IMG/VR virus record: IMGVR_UViG_3300016472_001104
Location: 1-64,000 of that record
From: a virus
DNA: 64,000 bases
Direction: 5' to 3' (one strand)
Shown: one piece after another, positions 47,734 through 57,066 of the stretch
Layout of the letters: each line of letters starts with the position of its first letter
Numbering within the stretch: the stretch's first letter is position 1
The notes under the pieces: model-generated
The model's input: the letters and a program-made list of their open reading frames with translations, nothing else
What the model was told of the DNA's origin: nothing
Database searches by the model: none
Program-made: the position numbers and the translations under genes

Positions 47734-50700
47734 ATGTCATATACTCGTGATGAAGCATACGCGGCGTCTCTCAAATACTTCAACGGTGATGAACTCGCTT
47801 CATCGGTGTTCGTTGACAAATATGCATTAAGAAATCCAAAAGGTGAACTTCTTGAAAAAACCCCTGCGGACATGCACATCAGGCTTGCAAAAGAGTTCGC
47901 TCGAGTTGAGGCGAAGTATCCCAATCCAATGAGCGTTGAGGAGATCTTTCTTCTTCTTTCTGACGTAAGCCTTCCTCCTCTTGAAGCTGCAAAGGCAAAG
48001 CTCGAAGATCTTCATGCAGCGGCCTGCGGATTAGGTCCCGTGGTCCCACAAGGATCACCGATGTCGGCTATCGGTAATGATTTTCAGTATCAATCGCTGT
48101 CCAACTGCTTCGTCATTCAATCGCCTTATGATTCCTATGCAGGTATCCTAAAGGCAGATCAGGAACAGGCACAGATCATGAAGCGTCGAGGAGGTGTTGG
48201 CTTTGACATCTCTACGATTCGTCCCAAGGGACTTGTCACTGCCAACGCGGCTCGAACAACGGATGGCATCGGCGTCTTTATGGAGCGGTTCTCCAACACC
48301 TGCCGCGAGGTTGCCCAAGGAGGTCGTCGTGGAGCGTTGATGCTTACCATCGACGTTCATCACCCAGAGATTCGTACGTTTGTTAACATCAAACGTGACC
48401 TCAAGAAGGTTACTGGTGCAAACATCTCTATCCGTCTTTCTGATGAGTTCATGCAGGCGGTGAAGGACGGTGGCAATGTTCATCTTCGCTTTCCTGTTGA
48501 GAAGGATGCAAAGCACACTGTTGAAGAGTGGGTCGACGCCAAACAACTCTGGCACGAGATCATCGAGGCGGCTTGGGCTTCCGCAGAACCAGGTTTGCTG
48601 TTTTGGGACACGGTAAAGCGCCGGACTCCGACAGAGGCTTATCCTGATTATTGTTCTACGTCGACCAATCCGTGTCTTGCTTACGATACTCAGATTGCAG
48701 TGGCTGATGGTAGAGGATATGTTTCTATCGGCGATCTCGCCAGGGCCGGTGTGGATGTTCCCGTTTACGCTTACGATAACGACACAGGCAAGATTATCGT
48801 AAAAACGATGAGGAATCCACGTTTGACAGGAAAGAACATGCCTGTCTACAAGGTAACCATCGAAGGAGGTCATACATTCAAAGCTACCGGTAACCACACC
48901 ATGATCCTTCGCGATGGAACACGAAAAATGGTCCAGGACTTGCTACCAGGCGACTCACTATGGATTGCTCAAAAGGCTCAGGCAAAGTTCAACGAAGTGC
49001 TACCTGGACTACGAGCCACGCAGTCTCAAGACTACCTCTGGGTTAAAGACTGCAACTCTAAGTCGTGGAAGGCAGAGCACAGGATTATCTGGGAAGCGCA
49101 CAATAACCGCAAGGTCGACCTCCATGAGGTCATCCACCACGTTGACTTCAATGCTCAAAATAACAACATCGACAATCTTCGCCTTATGAGCAAAGAAGAC
49201 CACGACGCTTACCATGCCTCATTGATCAAGGGAGAAAATAATCCGATCTTCAAGATCAAGGCAGATCCTGCGAGATTTGCTGAATACTCTGCGAAGATGT
49301 CGCACTCTGTTGGTGGAGTTAACAATCCACGAGCTTACGACGTCAGCAACGATGATCTACTACAACACGTCGAAAACCTCGTTGCATCGATGGGTCGTCG
49401 TCCAAGTGGAGGAGACTGGGAAATCTATGCTGAGAAGAATTCCTTACCTCGTTTCTTAAACTCATTTAGGTTGGGAGGTAAGCAGTTCTCTCAAGTTGTA
49501 GCCGACATCTCAGACAAGCTTGGCATTCCAAGTGAGTTGACTTCCTTGGATCCTCGTATGGCAGTAAGAGCTCTTGAGGCTCAAGGGTCTGGATACTCGT
49601 GGAGAATGTTGGACGGTGAGCTTCAAGTCGAGAAGAAGTGCGAATGGTGTCATGACAACTTCTGGGGTTCATACGATAAGAGAGAGGTGTCTTTCTGCGG
49701 ACACTCTTGCTCCAGCTTCTATGCCAACCGCAAAGCAGGTAAAAATGCAGCTCGCGCTGCAACGCTGCAAAAGATGCATCTTGAGAGAGGATCCAAGAAT
49801 CGGATGGCACAGCTCGATGCGTATACACAGCTTCGGTTCACCCTTGGACGAGATCCTCTCCAGGGTGAGTGGGCAGCGCAGTGCAAGTCCAACAATCTTC
49901 CGTCACGCCTGGGAACAAAGAACGGCTTTGAGTCATGGAAACAGCTGAAGAGCGAGGCCTCCCTTCACAACCACCGAGTCGTATCTGTTGAATTCGCAGG
50001 AAATGAAGATGTTTACAATGGAACGGTAGACGACGTCCACACGCTTACGTTCAAGGTAGGACAGGAATCAATTGAAGGCCTCAGAAATCATGTCGACGTA
50101 TTGATTGCCAGCGAGCAATGTGGAGAGATCGTCTTGTCTCCATACGACTCCTGTCGTCTCTTGCTCGTAAACCTCTACAAGTTCGTGAAGAACCCATTCA
50201 CTTCTGCGGCTGCTTTTGACAACGAACGTTTCAAGGATGTCGCAGCAAAAGCGCAACGGCTCATGGACGACCTGATTGATCTCGAGATTGAGGCTGTCGA
50301 CAGGATCATCGCAAAGATTAAAAAGGATCCTGAACCTCAAGAGGTGAAGCAAGGAGAGCTGGACCTCTGGAACAAGATTCGTTCTGCTGCCCTCGGCGGT
50401 CGGCGAACTGGTCTTGGAATCACCGCACTCGGTGACACTCTGGCGGCGATGGGGTTCGTCTATGGATCCAAGCAATCAATCCAGATGACGGAATCACTCT
50501 ACAAGGCGCTCTCGCTCTCTGCATACAAATCGACTGTAAAGATGGCCGAGGAACGTGGAGCATTCCCCGTCTTCTCTCACAAGTTGGAAGAGAGCCATCC
50601 ATTCATCCAACAGGTCCTTGAGGCAGAACCTGACCTTGTCGAGGCTTATAAGAAGCATGGTCGTCGAAACATTGCGTTGACCACGACAGCTCCAGCCGGT

Positions 50701-51750
50701 TCTGTCTCAGTTCTTACACAAACTACTTCTGGAATTGAGCCGGCATTCATGCTCTTCTACAAGCGCCGCAAGAAGGTCAACGGTGATGATCCAAATGTTC
50801 GTGTCGACTTTGTCGATCCACTAGGCGACAAGTGGCAGGAGTTCATGGTCTATCACCACGCTTTCAAGAAGTGGATGGAGGTTAACCATAAGACAGAGGA
50901 AAATGTTACTGAATCTCCATACCATGGTGGCACTGCCAATGAGATCGACTGGGTTGCCAAGGTCGACCTACAAGCTGCGGCCCAAAAGTGGATCTGCCAC
51001 TCTATCTCCAACACCACGAACATTCCAAACTCAACTTCTGTCGATGTCGTTAAGGACATCTACATGAAGGGTTGGGAGACCGGATGCAAGGGCGTCACCA
51101 TCTATCGTGATGGTTGCCGAACAGGTGTCCTCGTGGCGGAGACGAAGACAGAAGAGAAGAAAGTAGATTCCTCTGGTCAACCGGAGACCATGGTAGAAAG
51201 CCACGCGCCAAAGCGACCTAAGGAACTAACCTGTGATATTCACAGAATTAACGTGAGGTCAGGTAGTGACAACGAGAGCTATCTGGTACTCGTCGGTCTC
51301 CTCGAAAGTAAGCCCTACGAGATCTTCTGTGGTAGATCTCACCACGTCGAGGTACCGAAGAAAGCCAAGTCAGGTCTTCTAATCAAGAATGGAAAGAAGG
51401 ACGGCGTCGCGACGTATAACCTCCAGATTCCGGTTGGAGATGATGATCATCTTATGTTTAAAGATGTTGTCGAATTGTTTGCAAATCCAAATCACGGGGC
51501 CATGACAAGAACTTTATCTCTTGCGCTTCGCCACGGCGTTCCAGTTCAGTATATGGTTGAACAGTTACAGAAAGATAAACACAGCGGTCTTCAATCTTTC
51601 TCTAGAGCAATATCCAGGGTTCTTAAGACGTACATTCCTGATGGCACAAAGTCTCAGTCTGACAAAGTTTGCGGATCTTGTGGGCTTGAAGGAATTGTTT
51701 ACAAGGAAGGATGCGTTACATGTGTGGCTTGCGGTTGGTCAAAATGTTGA
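47734..51750 (+). CDS. nrdJ: Class II (B12-dependent) ribonucleotide reductase containing an intein
   Basis: LSNCFV, GGVG, QGGRRGALM, EPGLLF, TNP|CGE, RRTGLG, APAGS, TSGIEP, ISNT.N, KGVTIYRDG, and a C-terminal zinc ribbon. About 856 aa after splicing. Confidence 0.93.
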   Translation: MSYTRDEAYAASLKYFNGDELASSVFVDKYALRNPKGELLEKTPADMHIRLAKEFARVEAKYPNPMSVEEIFLLLSDVSLPPLEAAKAKLEDLHAAACGLGPVVPQGSPMSAIGNDFQYQSLSNCFVIQSPYDSYAGILKADQEQAQIMKRRGGVGFDISTIRPKGLVTANAARTTDGIGVFMERFSNTCREVAQGGRRGALMLTIDVHHPEIRTFVNIKRDLKKVTGANISIRLSDEFMQAVKDGGNVHLRFPVEKDAKHTVEEWVDAKQLWHEIIEAAWASAEPGLLFWDTVKRRTPTEAYPDYCSTSTNPCLAYDTQIAVADGRGYVSIGDLARAGVDVPVYAYDNDTGKIIVKTMRNPRLTGKNMPVYKVTIEGGHTFKATGNHTMILRDGTRKMVQDLLPGDSLWIAQKAQAKFNEVLPGLRATQSQDYLWVKDCNSKSWKAEHRIIWEAHNNRKVDLHEVIHHVDFNAQNNNIDNLRLMSKEDHDAYHASLIKGENNPIFKIKADPARFAEYSAKMSHSVGGVNNPRAYDVSNDDLLQHVENLVASMGRRPSGGDWEIYAEKNSLPRFLNSFRLGGKQFSQVVADISDKLGIPSELTSLDPRMAVRALEAQGSGYSWRMLDGELQVEKKCEWCHDNFWGSYDKREVSFCGHSCSSFYANRKAGKNAARAATLQKMHLERGSKNRMAQLDAYTQLRFTLGRDPLQGEWAAQCKSNNLPSRLGTKNGFESWKQLKSEASLHNHRVVSVEFAGNEDVYNGTVDDVHTLTFKVGQESIEGLRNHVDVLIASEQCGEIVLSPYDSCRLLLVNLYKFVKNPFTSAAAFDNERFKDVAAKAQRLMDDLIDLEIEAVDRIIAKIKKDPEPQEVKQGELDLWNKIRSAALGGRRTGLGITALGDTLAAMGFVYGSKQSIQMTESLYKALSLSAYKSTVKMAEERGAFPVFSHKLEESHPFIQQVLEAEPDLVEAYKKHGRRNIALTTTAPAGSVSVLTQTTSGIEPAFMLFYKRRKKVNGDDPNVRVDFVDPLGDKWQEFMVYHHAFKKWMEVNHKTEENVTESPYHGGTANEIDWVAKVDLQAAAQKWICHSISNTTNIPNSTSVDVVKDIYMKGWETGCKGVTIYRDGCRTGVLVAETKTEEKKVDSSGQPETMVESHAPKRPKELTCDIHRINVRSGSDNESYLVLVGLLESKPYEIFCGRSHHVEVPKKAKSGLLIKNGKKDGVATYNLQIPVGDDDHLMFKDVVELFANPNHGAMTRTLSLALRHGVPVQYMVEQLQKDKHSGLQSFSRAISRVLKTYIPDGTKSQSDKVCGSCGLEGIVYKEGCVTCVACGWSKC
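48673..50118 (+). mobile_element. Intein (482 aa) with HNH endonuclease and C-terminal Gln
   Basis: Starts CLAYDTQI (block A), ATGNH (block B), HNH IHHVDFNAQNNNIDNL, EDVYNGTVDDVH (block F). Ends ASEQ before +1 Cys, restoring STNP-CGE. Confidence 0.9.
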
Positions 51751-51803
51751 GTTGTTTATCCACAAGCTAATCAACTTTTACAACCTATTGAATAGTTATT
51801 AAC

Positions 51804-52820
51804 ATGATAACATGTTTTATCTGTTCAATAACATTTTCAAACAATTTGGGTGGACAATTAACAAATCATCTAAAAGATACCCATAATATTTCTTTGAAGG
51901 ATTATGTCATCAAATTTGATTACGATGGAAATCCTCCAAAATGTGAATGCGGTATTTGTGAAGATATCCCTGTTTTTTCTAGAGGAAGTTTTCAAAGATA
52001 TGCTTTAAATCATCACAAATTTGAGGTTAGAGAAAAGTTATACATCCAAAAACATGGCAGCCCTAAATGTTATGAATGTCAAAATCCAGTAAAATTCCAT
52101 AGAGGTATTCCAAGGAAGTATTGTTCTGCGAGGTGTGTCGGAAAAAATGTGGGTTTTTCTTTATCAGAGACACAGGATACAATTAAAAAAGTCGTTCAAG
52201 AAAAATACGGAGTCTCTAATGTTTCCAACTTAGACTCTACGAAATCCAAAATTTCAGCTTCTAATTCAGGAAAAACCTGGAAGATGAATGATGAGGGAAA
52301 GAAAAAGATTAGTGAAGCTTCAAAAAAACAATGGACAAATCAAGAATACAGACAAAAAATGTCTGAAGTTGTTTATTCGAAAGAAGAGTTAGAGAGACGT
52401 TCAAAATGGTTAAAAGAGAAAAATAAAGACTTAGAATTTAGAGAAAAAAACTTTAAGAATCACAAAAATAGGCTCAGTAAACTTCATCAAAAAATTAGAG
52501 AAAAATTGAGCCTTGATGACCTAGGCTTTGTTTCAGAACAAAGAGTTTTAAAGTATTTTGTTGATGAGTTAAATGAGGAGAAAAAGTTAATCGTCGAGAT
52601 TTATGGAGATTATCCTCATGCAAATCCTAAAAAGTATTCAGAAGATTTTATTGTAAGATTACATGGTCAATCGTTTACCGCAACAGAAAAACGAGAACAA
52701 GACTTATTAAGAAAAAACAAGTTAGAAGAAGCTGGCTATACTGTCATCGTTGTTTGGGAATCCGACGACATTGAAGAAAAGAAGAAAGAAATAACAAATT
52801 TTTATAGTTATTCAATATGA
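51804..52820 (+). CDS. Free-standing homing endonuclease-like protein (Zn fingers plus DUF559/Vsr-like domain)
   Basis: C2H2 finger, YCSARC, EKYGVSN, EQ...YFVD...IVEIYGDYPH, D..R...LEEAGY.VIVVWE. Confidence 0.7.
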   Translation: MITCFICSITFSNNLGGQLTNHLKDTHNISLKDYVIKFDYDGNPPKCECGICEDIPVFSRGSFQRYALNHHKFEVREKLYIQKHGSPKCYECQNPVKFHRGIPRKYCSARCVGKNVGFSLSETQDTIKKVVQEKYGVSNVSNLDSTKSKISASNSGKTWKMNDEGKKKISEASKKQWTNQEYRQKMSEVVYSKEELERRSKWLKEKNKDLEFREKNFKNHKNRLSKLHQKIREKLSLDDLGFVSEQRVLKYFVDELNEEKKLIVEIYGDYPHANPKKYSEDFIVRLHGQSFTATEKREQDLLRKNKLEEAGYTVIVVWESDDIEEKKKEITNFYSYSI

Positions 52821-53149
52821 AAATGAAGGTTAAAGAGCTTCGCCGCATAATTCGAGAGAATTATGCTCGTGAGATTCCTCAATATGCCATTGATGATACA
52901 TGCCTGAAAGTTATCAAGTTGAAGATGAATCCCTCTCAGGCCGCAGATTATTGTAGAGAACAGCTTGAACACTACTTCAAGATGCACATCAATTCTACGT
53001 CAAATAGTCCTGCTGATATGCGTTATAAAATTGTTAAAATGCACCAAGTGTTTGATGACATGGAAGAAGAAATTCGAAAGTTGAAAAATCTAAAAGATAA
53101 TTTAAAAGATGTCGTAGATCAATGTGTGAGACGTTTTTTGTTTATTTGA
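52817..53149 (+). CDS. Hypothetical protein with MKVKELRRIIRE leader
   Basis: 110-aa ORF; ATAGTTAT 5 nt upstream. Confidence 0.7.
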   Translation: MKMKVKELRRIIRENYAREIPQYAIDDTCLKVIKLKMNPSQAADYCREQLEHYFKMHINSTSNSPADMRYKIVKMHQVFDDMEEEIRKLKNLKDNLKDVVDQCVRRFLFI

Positions 53150-53155
53150 TTGACA

Positions 53156-53419
53156 TCATTCTTCACATTTAAGTGAAAGATCATAAACTTTTTCGGTTGT
53201 ATTTAAACCCAAAAATTTAGGTTCTTTATAGTAATTTTTTGCCCATAAATCTTGTATTTCATGATCTTTGTGTAATAGTTTTTTTTCATTCAATACACAT
53301 TTAAATGAATCATTGAGGTTGTAATTTTTTATTGGTGTTGCGGTAAAGCAAGAACCGGTAAATATACATGAAAAAATCACTGTAAGGTTATCTAATTTGG
53401 TCATATTTTTATGTGACAT
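53156..53419 (-). CDS. Hypothetical protein
   Basis: 87-aa ORF filling an AT-rich gap. Confidence 0.4.
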   Translation of the reverse strand: MSHKNMTKLDNLTVIFSCIFTGSCFTATPIKNYNLNDSFKCVLNEKKLLHKDHEIQDLWAKNYYKEPKFLGLNTTEKVYDLSLKCEE

Positions 53420-53494
53420 ATCTATTAATCACGTTTAAATTATGATTAATAATCAACCATATCCAATTTAAAAATAGGATTTAATATACACTTT

Positions 53495-54154
53495 ATGCCT
53501 CCACATTCAAATAAAGTAGAGTTAATTGGACATTATGGATCCGATGAAACTCATGCACTTTCAGCATGGACTTCAACATCACGAGATTTAACAGAAGACA
53601 AAAAAAACAGAATTCCTAATCTTCTTAAGATGTTGGCTGAAAACGGGCATGAGACTCCCTTTGAAAAGAGCTCACTGCATTTCCTAGTCACAACAGATGT
53701 GAGTGCCCATATCCATCTCATTAAACACAGGATTGGAGTCTCCGTCAACGCAGAATCGGCACGTTATAAAGAGCTCAAGGATGACAAGTATTATGTTCCC
53801 GTTGATTGGCCCGTAGAAGAGAAAGAGCTCTACATCGAGCATATGGAGTCTTCTCTTCAAAAATACCATGCCACCCTTGAAAGACTTGTTCAATCAGGAA
53901 TGAGTCGTAAACGGGCAAAAGAATCCGCACGACTCTATCTTCCTTATGGAAACCAGATCACAGCTGATGTCATGTTTAACTTTAGAAGCTTCGTCCACTT
54001 TCTAAGGTTGAGGTATTCCGATCACGCTCAGGTCGAGATAAGAGACATTGCGAAGCAGATGTTAGATCTTGTCGTTGAAACCGGATCTTTTAATGCGACG
54101 CTCGAGGCTTTTGGGTTGATGAACGGCGGAAACGTTCGAGGTCCCTTTGGATGA
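53495..54154 (+). CDS. thyX: Flavin-dependent thymidylate synthase
   Basis: GHETPFE, KHR......AESARY, AKESAR..LP, NFRS...FL.LR...HAQ.EIR. Confidence 0.95.
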   Translation: MPPHSNKVELIGHYGSDETHALSAWTSTSRDLTEDKKNRIPNLLKMLAENGHETPFEKSSLHFLVTTDVSAHIHLIKHRIGVSVNAESARYKELKDDKYYVPVDWPVEEKELYIEHMESSLQKYHATLERLVQSGMSRKRAKESARLYLPYGNQITADVMFNFRSFVHFLRLRYSDHAQVEIRDIAKQMLDLVVETGSFNATLEAFGLMNGGNVRGPFG

Positions 54155-54690
54155 GCCACGTAAACCTTCCTTTTCACTTCTATGTGAATGTTGAAAATCG
54201 GCACCTGGGCCCAAACATGCCTCCTGGAACAACTCGTGGAATTTGGCACGGCGTCTACTCTAGACCCCATCAGGTCTTGATGTGCCATGTGATGTTGGAG
54301 TCCGGAGCCCACTGGTCTGGTCTTCCAATCCATGCTTTATCATCCAAGGAAGATTTTTCCCTTAACCATGAACAGTTGATGCCTTGGGCGTCGATGGGGG
54401 ATGACGTGACTGCATATCACGCGAAGTATCTTGAAGGATTAGAATGTGAGGTTTTTCGACCGATCAAGTCACAAGGGAGGCACACAGGAATCATCATCGA
54501 TTGGAACGATGGATATTCCAGGTATCCAGCCGAGCACAAACCGTTGAACATGATTCAGTTAGAGAACGGTCAATTTTCTCTATCACCGAATAATTTTGTC
54601 CTGTTTAACGACAAACATTTTGTTGATGAATCTTGCAGGGTAAACTTGAAAAACTATCGCCGTGGCGAGATTGTATATTGGGAGAAGTGA
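54151..54690 (+). CDS. Hypothetical protein
   Basis: 179-aa ORF coupled on both sides; contains HVMLESGA...GLP and EHK..N.I.LENGQF...PNN. Confidence 0.7.
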   Translation: MSHVNLPFHFYVNVENRHLGPNMPPGTTRGIWHGVYSRPHQVLMCHVMLESGAHWSGLPIHALSSKEDFSLNHEQLMPWASMGDDVTAYHAKYLEGLECEVFRPIKSQGRHTGIIIDWNDGYSRYPAEHKPLNMIQLENGQFSLSPNNFVLFNDKHFVDESCRVNLKNYRRGEIVYWEK

Positions 54691-55280
54691 TGTCAAAAAT
54701 AATCGTGATTGAGGGCCCAGATCGCGTAGGAAAACAGACGCAGACAAACCTCTTGAAACAAACTCTAATGAGCCACGGTATGCTTTCTACCGTCGTAGAG
54801 GTTCCAATCAAGTCAGCCATCACGTATCCAGTCATCTACTGGATGCTTCGAAATGGCCTCGCAAAAAAGTTTCCAAAAATCTTTCAATGGTTTCAATACC
54901 TGAATAGAAAGGTTTTTCAGACGTGGAAGCTGCCGCGGTTAGAAGAACATTATGATGTTATCATAATGGACAGGTGGAGCCTTTCCACTATCGTGTACGG
55001 GATCGCAGAAGGAGTTCCAGAAAAGTTTACGTTAGACCTTGCGGATAAGTTACGTAAACCAGACTATACGATCATCCTTCACGGAGAAGCTTTTGCTCAC
55101 GAAGCCGAGGATGCTTACGAAGCAGACTCTGGCCTACAGAAAAAAGTTAGGCTAGAATACGCTAAGTGGGCGATAAATCACCCTGGTGAAGTTAAATTGA
55201 TAGATTGTAAGCAACCAAAAAAGATCATTGCAAGAAAGATTAAAGATGCTTTGCAGGAGAAAAAGATATTACCAAGGTAG
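54690..55280 (+). CDS. tmk: Thymidylate kinase
   Basis: IVIEGPDRVGKQTQ, IIMDRWSLS...YG, KPDYTIIL. Confidence 0.88.
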   Translation: MSKIIVIEGPDRVGKQTQTNLLKQTLMSHGMLSTVVEVPIKSAITYPVIYWMLRNGLAKKFPKIFQWFQYLNRKVFQTWKLPRLEEHYDVIIMDRWSLSTIVYGIAEGVPEKFTLDLADKLRKPDYTIILHGEAFAHEAEDAYEADSGLQKKVRLEYAKWAINHPGEVKLIDCKQPKKIIARKIKDALQEKKILPR

Positions 55281-55298
55281 AGTGATATTTAATAAATC

Positions 55299-56240
55299 AT
55301 GTATATAGCACCTAAAAAGCTGAAAAGAGGTTCAAGGGTTGCAATCATAGCCCCAGCATCTCCAGTGCACACCGATAGATTGATGGAAGGTCTGGACATC
55401 ATTAAAGAGGTTGGGTTGATACCGGTTCTTGGTCCTTGTGTAAAAAACCTAAGAAACGATGGATGTTCTTCTGCTCCTTTGAAGGAAAGAGTTGAAGAGT
55501 TTAATTGGGCTTTTCGTAGCCCAGAAATTGCTGGTGTGATTTGTGCTTTAGGTGGTGAAGGTTCAGCTGCATTACTTCCTCATATTGATTATGATGTTAT
55601 AAGATCTAGTCGCAAACCATTTCTTGGTAGATCTGATATAACTGCGTTGAATACCGGAATTCTAAAACACTCCGGTTTGATAACGATAAACGGTCAGACA
55701 CCAAGCATTCATGTTGACAGAGGTAAAAAGGTGTTGTCTCTGGAATCAGAATCTTTTTTAAGAACGTTATTGTTGATGATGTCAAATGAGCAGTGGGGAT
55801 CTAAGCCTTTTGAAAACAATCTTAATATTCCACAAACTGTTTCTCCAGGCAACGCCAGTGGTATTGCTTTAGGAGGAAACCTAGATACATTTACCAGATT
55901 ATTTGGTACCCAATACATGCCGAATGTTGATGATTGCATTCTTTTCATAGAAGACGTTCATAAATCTGGCGTTGTTTTGGACAGAGAGTTTCTTCAGCTT
56001 GAGCTCGTTGGTGTCTTACAAAGTGCTGCAGGGTTTGTCATTGGTGAGTTTATAGACTCAAAAGACAATAATCTTTTTAACGTTGAATCTGCCGTTGAAA
56101 GATATTTCCTTGAAGGAAAACCGTGTATGTATAACATGCCATTTTCTCACGGACCCGTTGTTGCTCCAATTCCAATTGGAGCGATGTGTCACATTGACGC
56201 AAGTTCTTGCAGCGTTTCTTTTGATTTTGCGATGTCTTGA
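55299..56240 (+). CDS. Peptidase S66 (LD-carboxypeptidase / MccF family)
   Basis: PKKLK.G..VAIIAPAS, GRSDITAL (Ser), GGNL, FIEDV (Glu), FSHG (His), PIG. Confidence 0.9.
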   Translation: MYIAPKKLKRGSRVAIIAPASPVHTDRLMEGLDIIKEVGLIPVLGPCVKNLRNDGCSSAPLKERVEEFNWAFRSPEIAGVICALGGEGSAALLPHIDYDVIRSSRKPFLGRSDITALNTGILKHSGLITINGQTPSIHVDRGKKVLSLESESFLRTLLLMMSNEQWGSKPFENNLNIPQTVSPGNASGIALGGNLDTFTRLFGTQYMPNVDDCILFIEDVHKSGVVLDREFLQLELVGVLQSAAGFVIGEFIDSKDNNLFNVESAVERYFLEGKPCMYNMPFSHGPVVAPIPIGAMCHIDASSCSVSFDFAMS

Positions 56241-56272
56241 TACAACCGTATCTTCCGTTGTAAAATCGTCGT

Positions 56273-56530
56273 ATGAGCTACAAAATTTCAGATTCAGTTG
56301 CATTACGATTTGTTCAAATTTTTCAAGAGGCAGTTCTACTTGGCGTAGATGGTGCTGATCTCATGAGGCAGGTTAGGCTCACGGTTGATGAAACGCAATC
56401 TGACACTGTTACACTTTGCCCAGAGTATGAAAAACAAGTCGTAGAAATGCATAAAAAGTACCTTGAAGACGCAGAGAAGTTAAAGTCTCAATCTACAGTA
56501 ACCTTTCCAAAGGTTCTTTTTGAGAGCTGA
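56273..56530 (+). CDS. Hypothetical protein
   Basis: 85-aa ORF. Confidence 0.7.
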   Translation: MSYKISDSVALRFVQIFQEAVLLGVDGADLMRQVRLTVDETQSDTVTLCPEYEKQVVEMHKKYLEDAEKLKSQSTVTFPKVLFES

Positions 56531-56532
56531 AC

Positions 56533-56613
56533 GTGACAATTGCGATCGCATTTGTTCTTTTTTCTTCTTTGATCATCGTTAGATTTTTTTTCGTTGAGGA
56601 TGACGATGGATAA
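56533..56613 (+). CDS. Putative 26-aa membrane microprotein
   Basis: GTG start, MTIAIAFVLFSSLIIVRFFFVEDDDG*; fills the gap and overlaps the next start. Confidence 0.4.
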   Translation: MTIAIAFVLFSSLIIVRFFFVEDDDG

Positions 56614-56971
56614 ATTAAAAGAAATGTGGGATCAACAAACATCATTCATGTTGCTTCTTCAAAAGCACAGAAATTTCCCGTCATTTCCTGTTGATCCTAC
56701 GACAAAGTCAGGTCAAAAGTTGCTAAAAAACATTACGCATGAGTGTATGCATGAATTGTTTGAGGCAAATCAGGCCTTGAAAAATTCAAAGGATCACAGG
56801 GCAACTGAGGTTGATGAGTTCAATAGAGATCATTATGTTGAAGAGTTAGTTGATGCCCTACACTATTTCTTTGAGATTGCAATTTTAAGTGGTGTGTCCC
56901 TAGATGAATTACACGACGCTTATTTGAAGAAGGGAAACGTTAATATTGACCGTATAAAAAACGGTTATTGA
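56606..56971 (+). CDS. All-alpha NTP pyrophosphohydrolase (dimeric dUTPase/MazG-like)
   Basis: HELFEA, EELVDALHYF, Y.KK..VN..R...GY. Confidence 0.8.
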   Translation: MDKLKEMWDQQTSFMLLLQKHRNFPSFPVDPTTKSGQKLLKNITHECMHELFEANQALKNSKDHRATEVDEFNRDHYVEELVDALHYFFEIAILSGVSLDELHDAYLKKGNVNIDRIKNGY

Positions 56972-57004
56972 AAAATGCATATGACCCCTTCCATTTCATA
57001 AAAC

Positions 57005-57063
57005 AGTGATTATCTTTGTCTTGTAACGACGGATTAACCGTCGCAATTGAAAGGAGAATCATT
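57005..57063 (+). promoter_or_regulatory. Candidate RNA thermometer (SD-sequestering hairpin) of hsp20
   Basis: AGUGAUUAUCUUU pairs with AAAGGAGAAUCAUU, with one A.G mismatch and G-U pairs, around an inner CGACGG/CCGUCG stem. Confidence 0.55.
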
Positions 57064-57066
57064 AAA

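Noticed and set aside
39546-56971. 2-aminoadenine (Z) genome system, suggested by PolA, HD and MazG-like genes
   Set aside because: No PurZ in the window, and the HD protein has YhaM-like motifs. Not supportable here.
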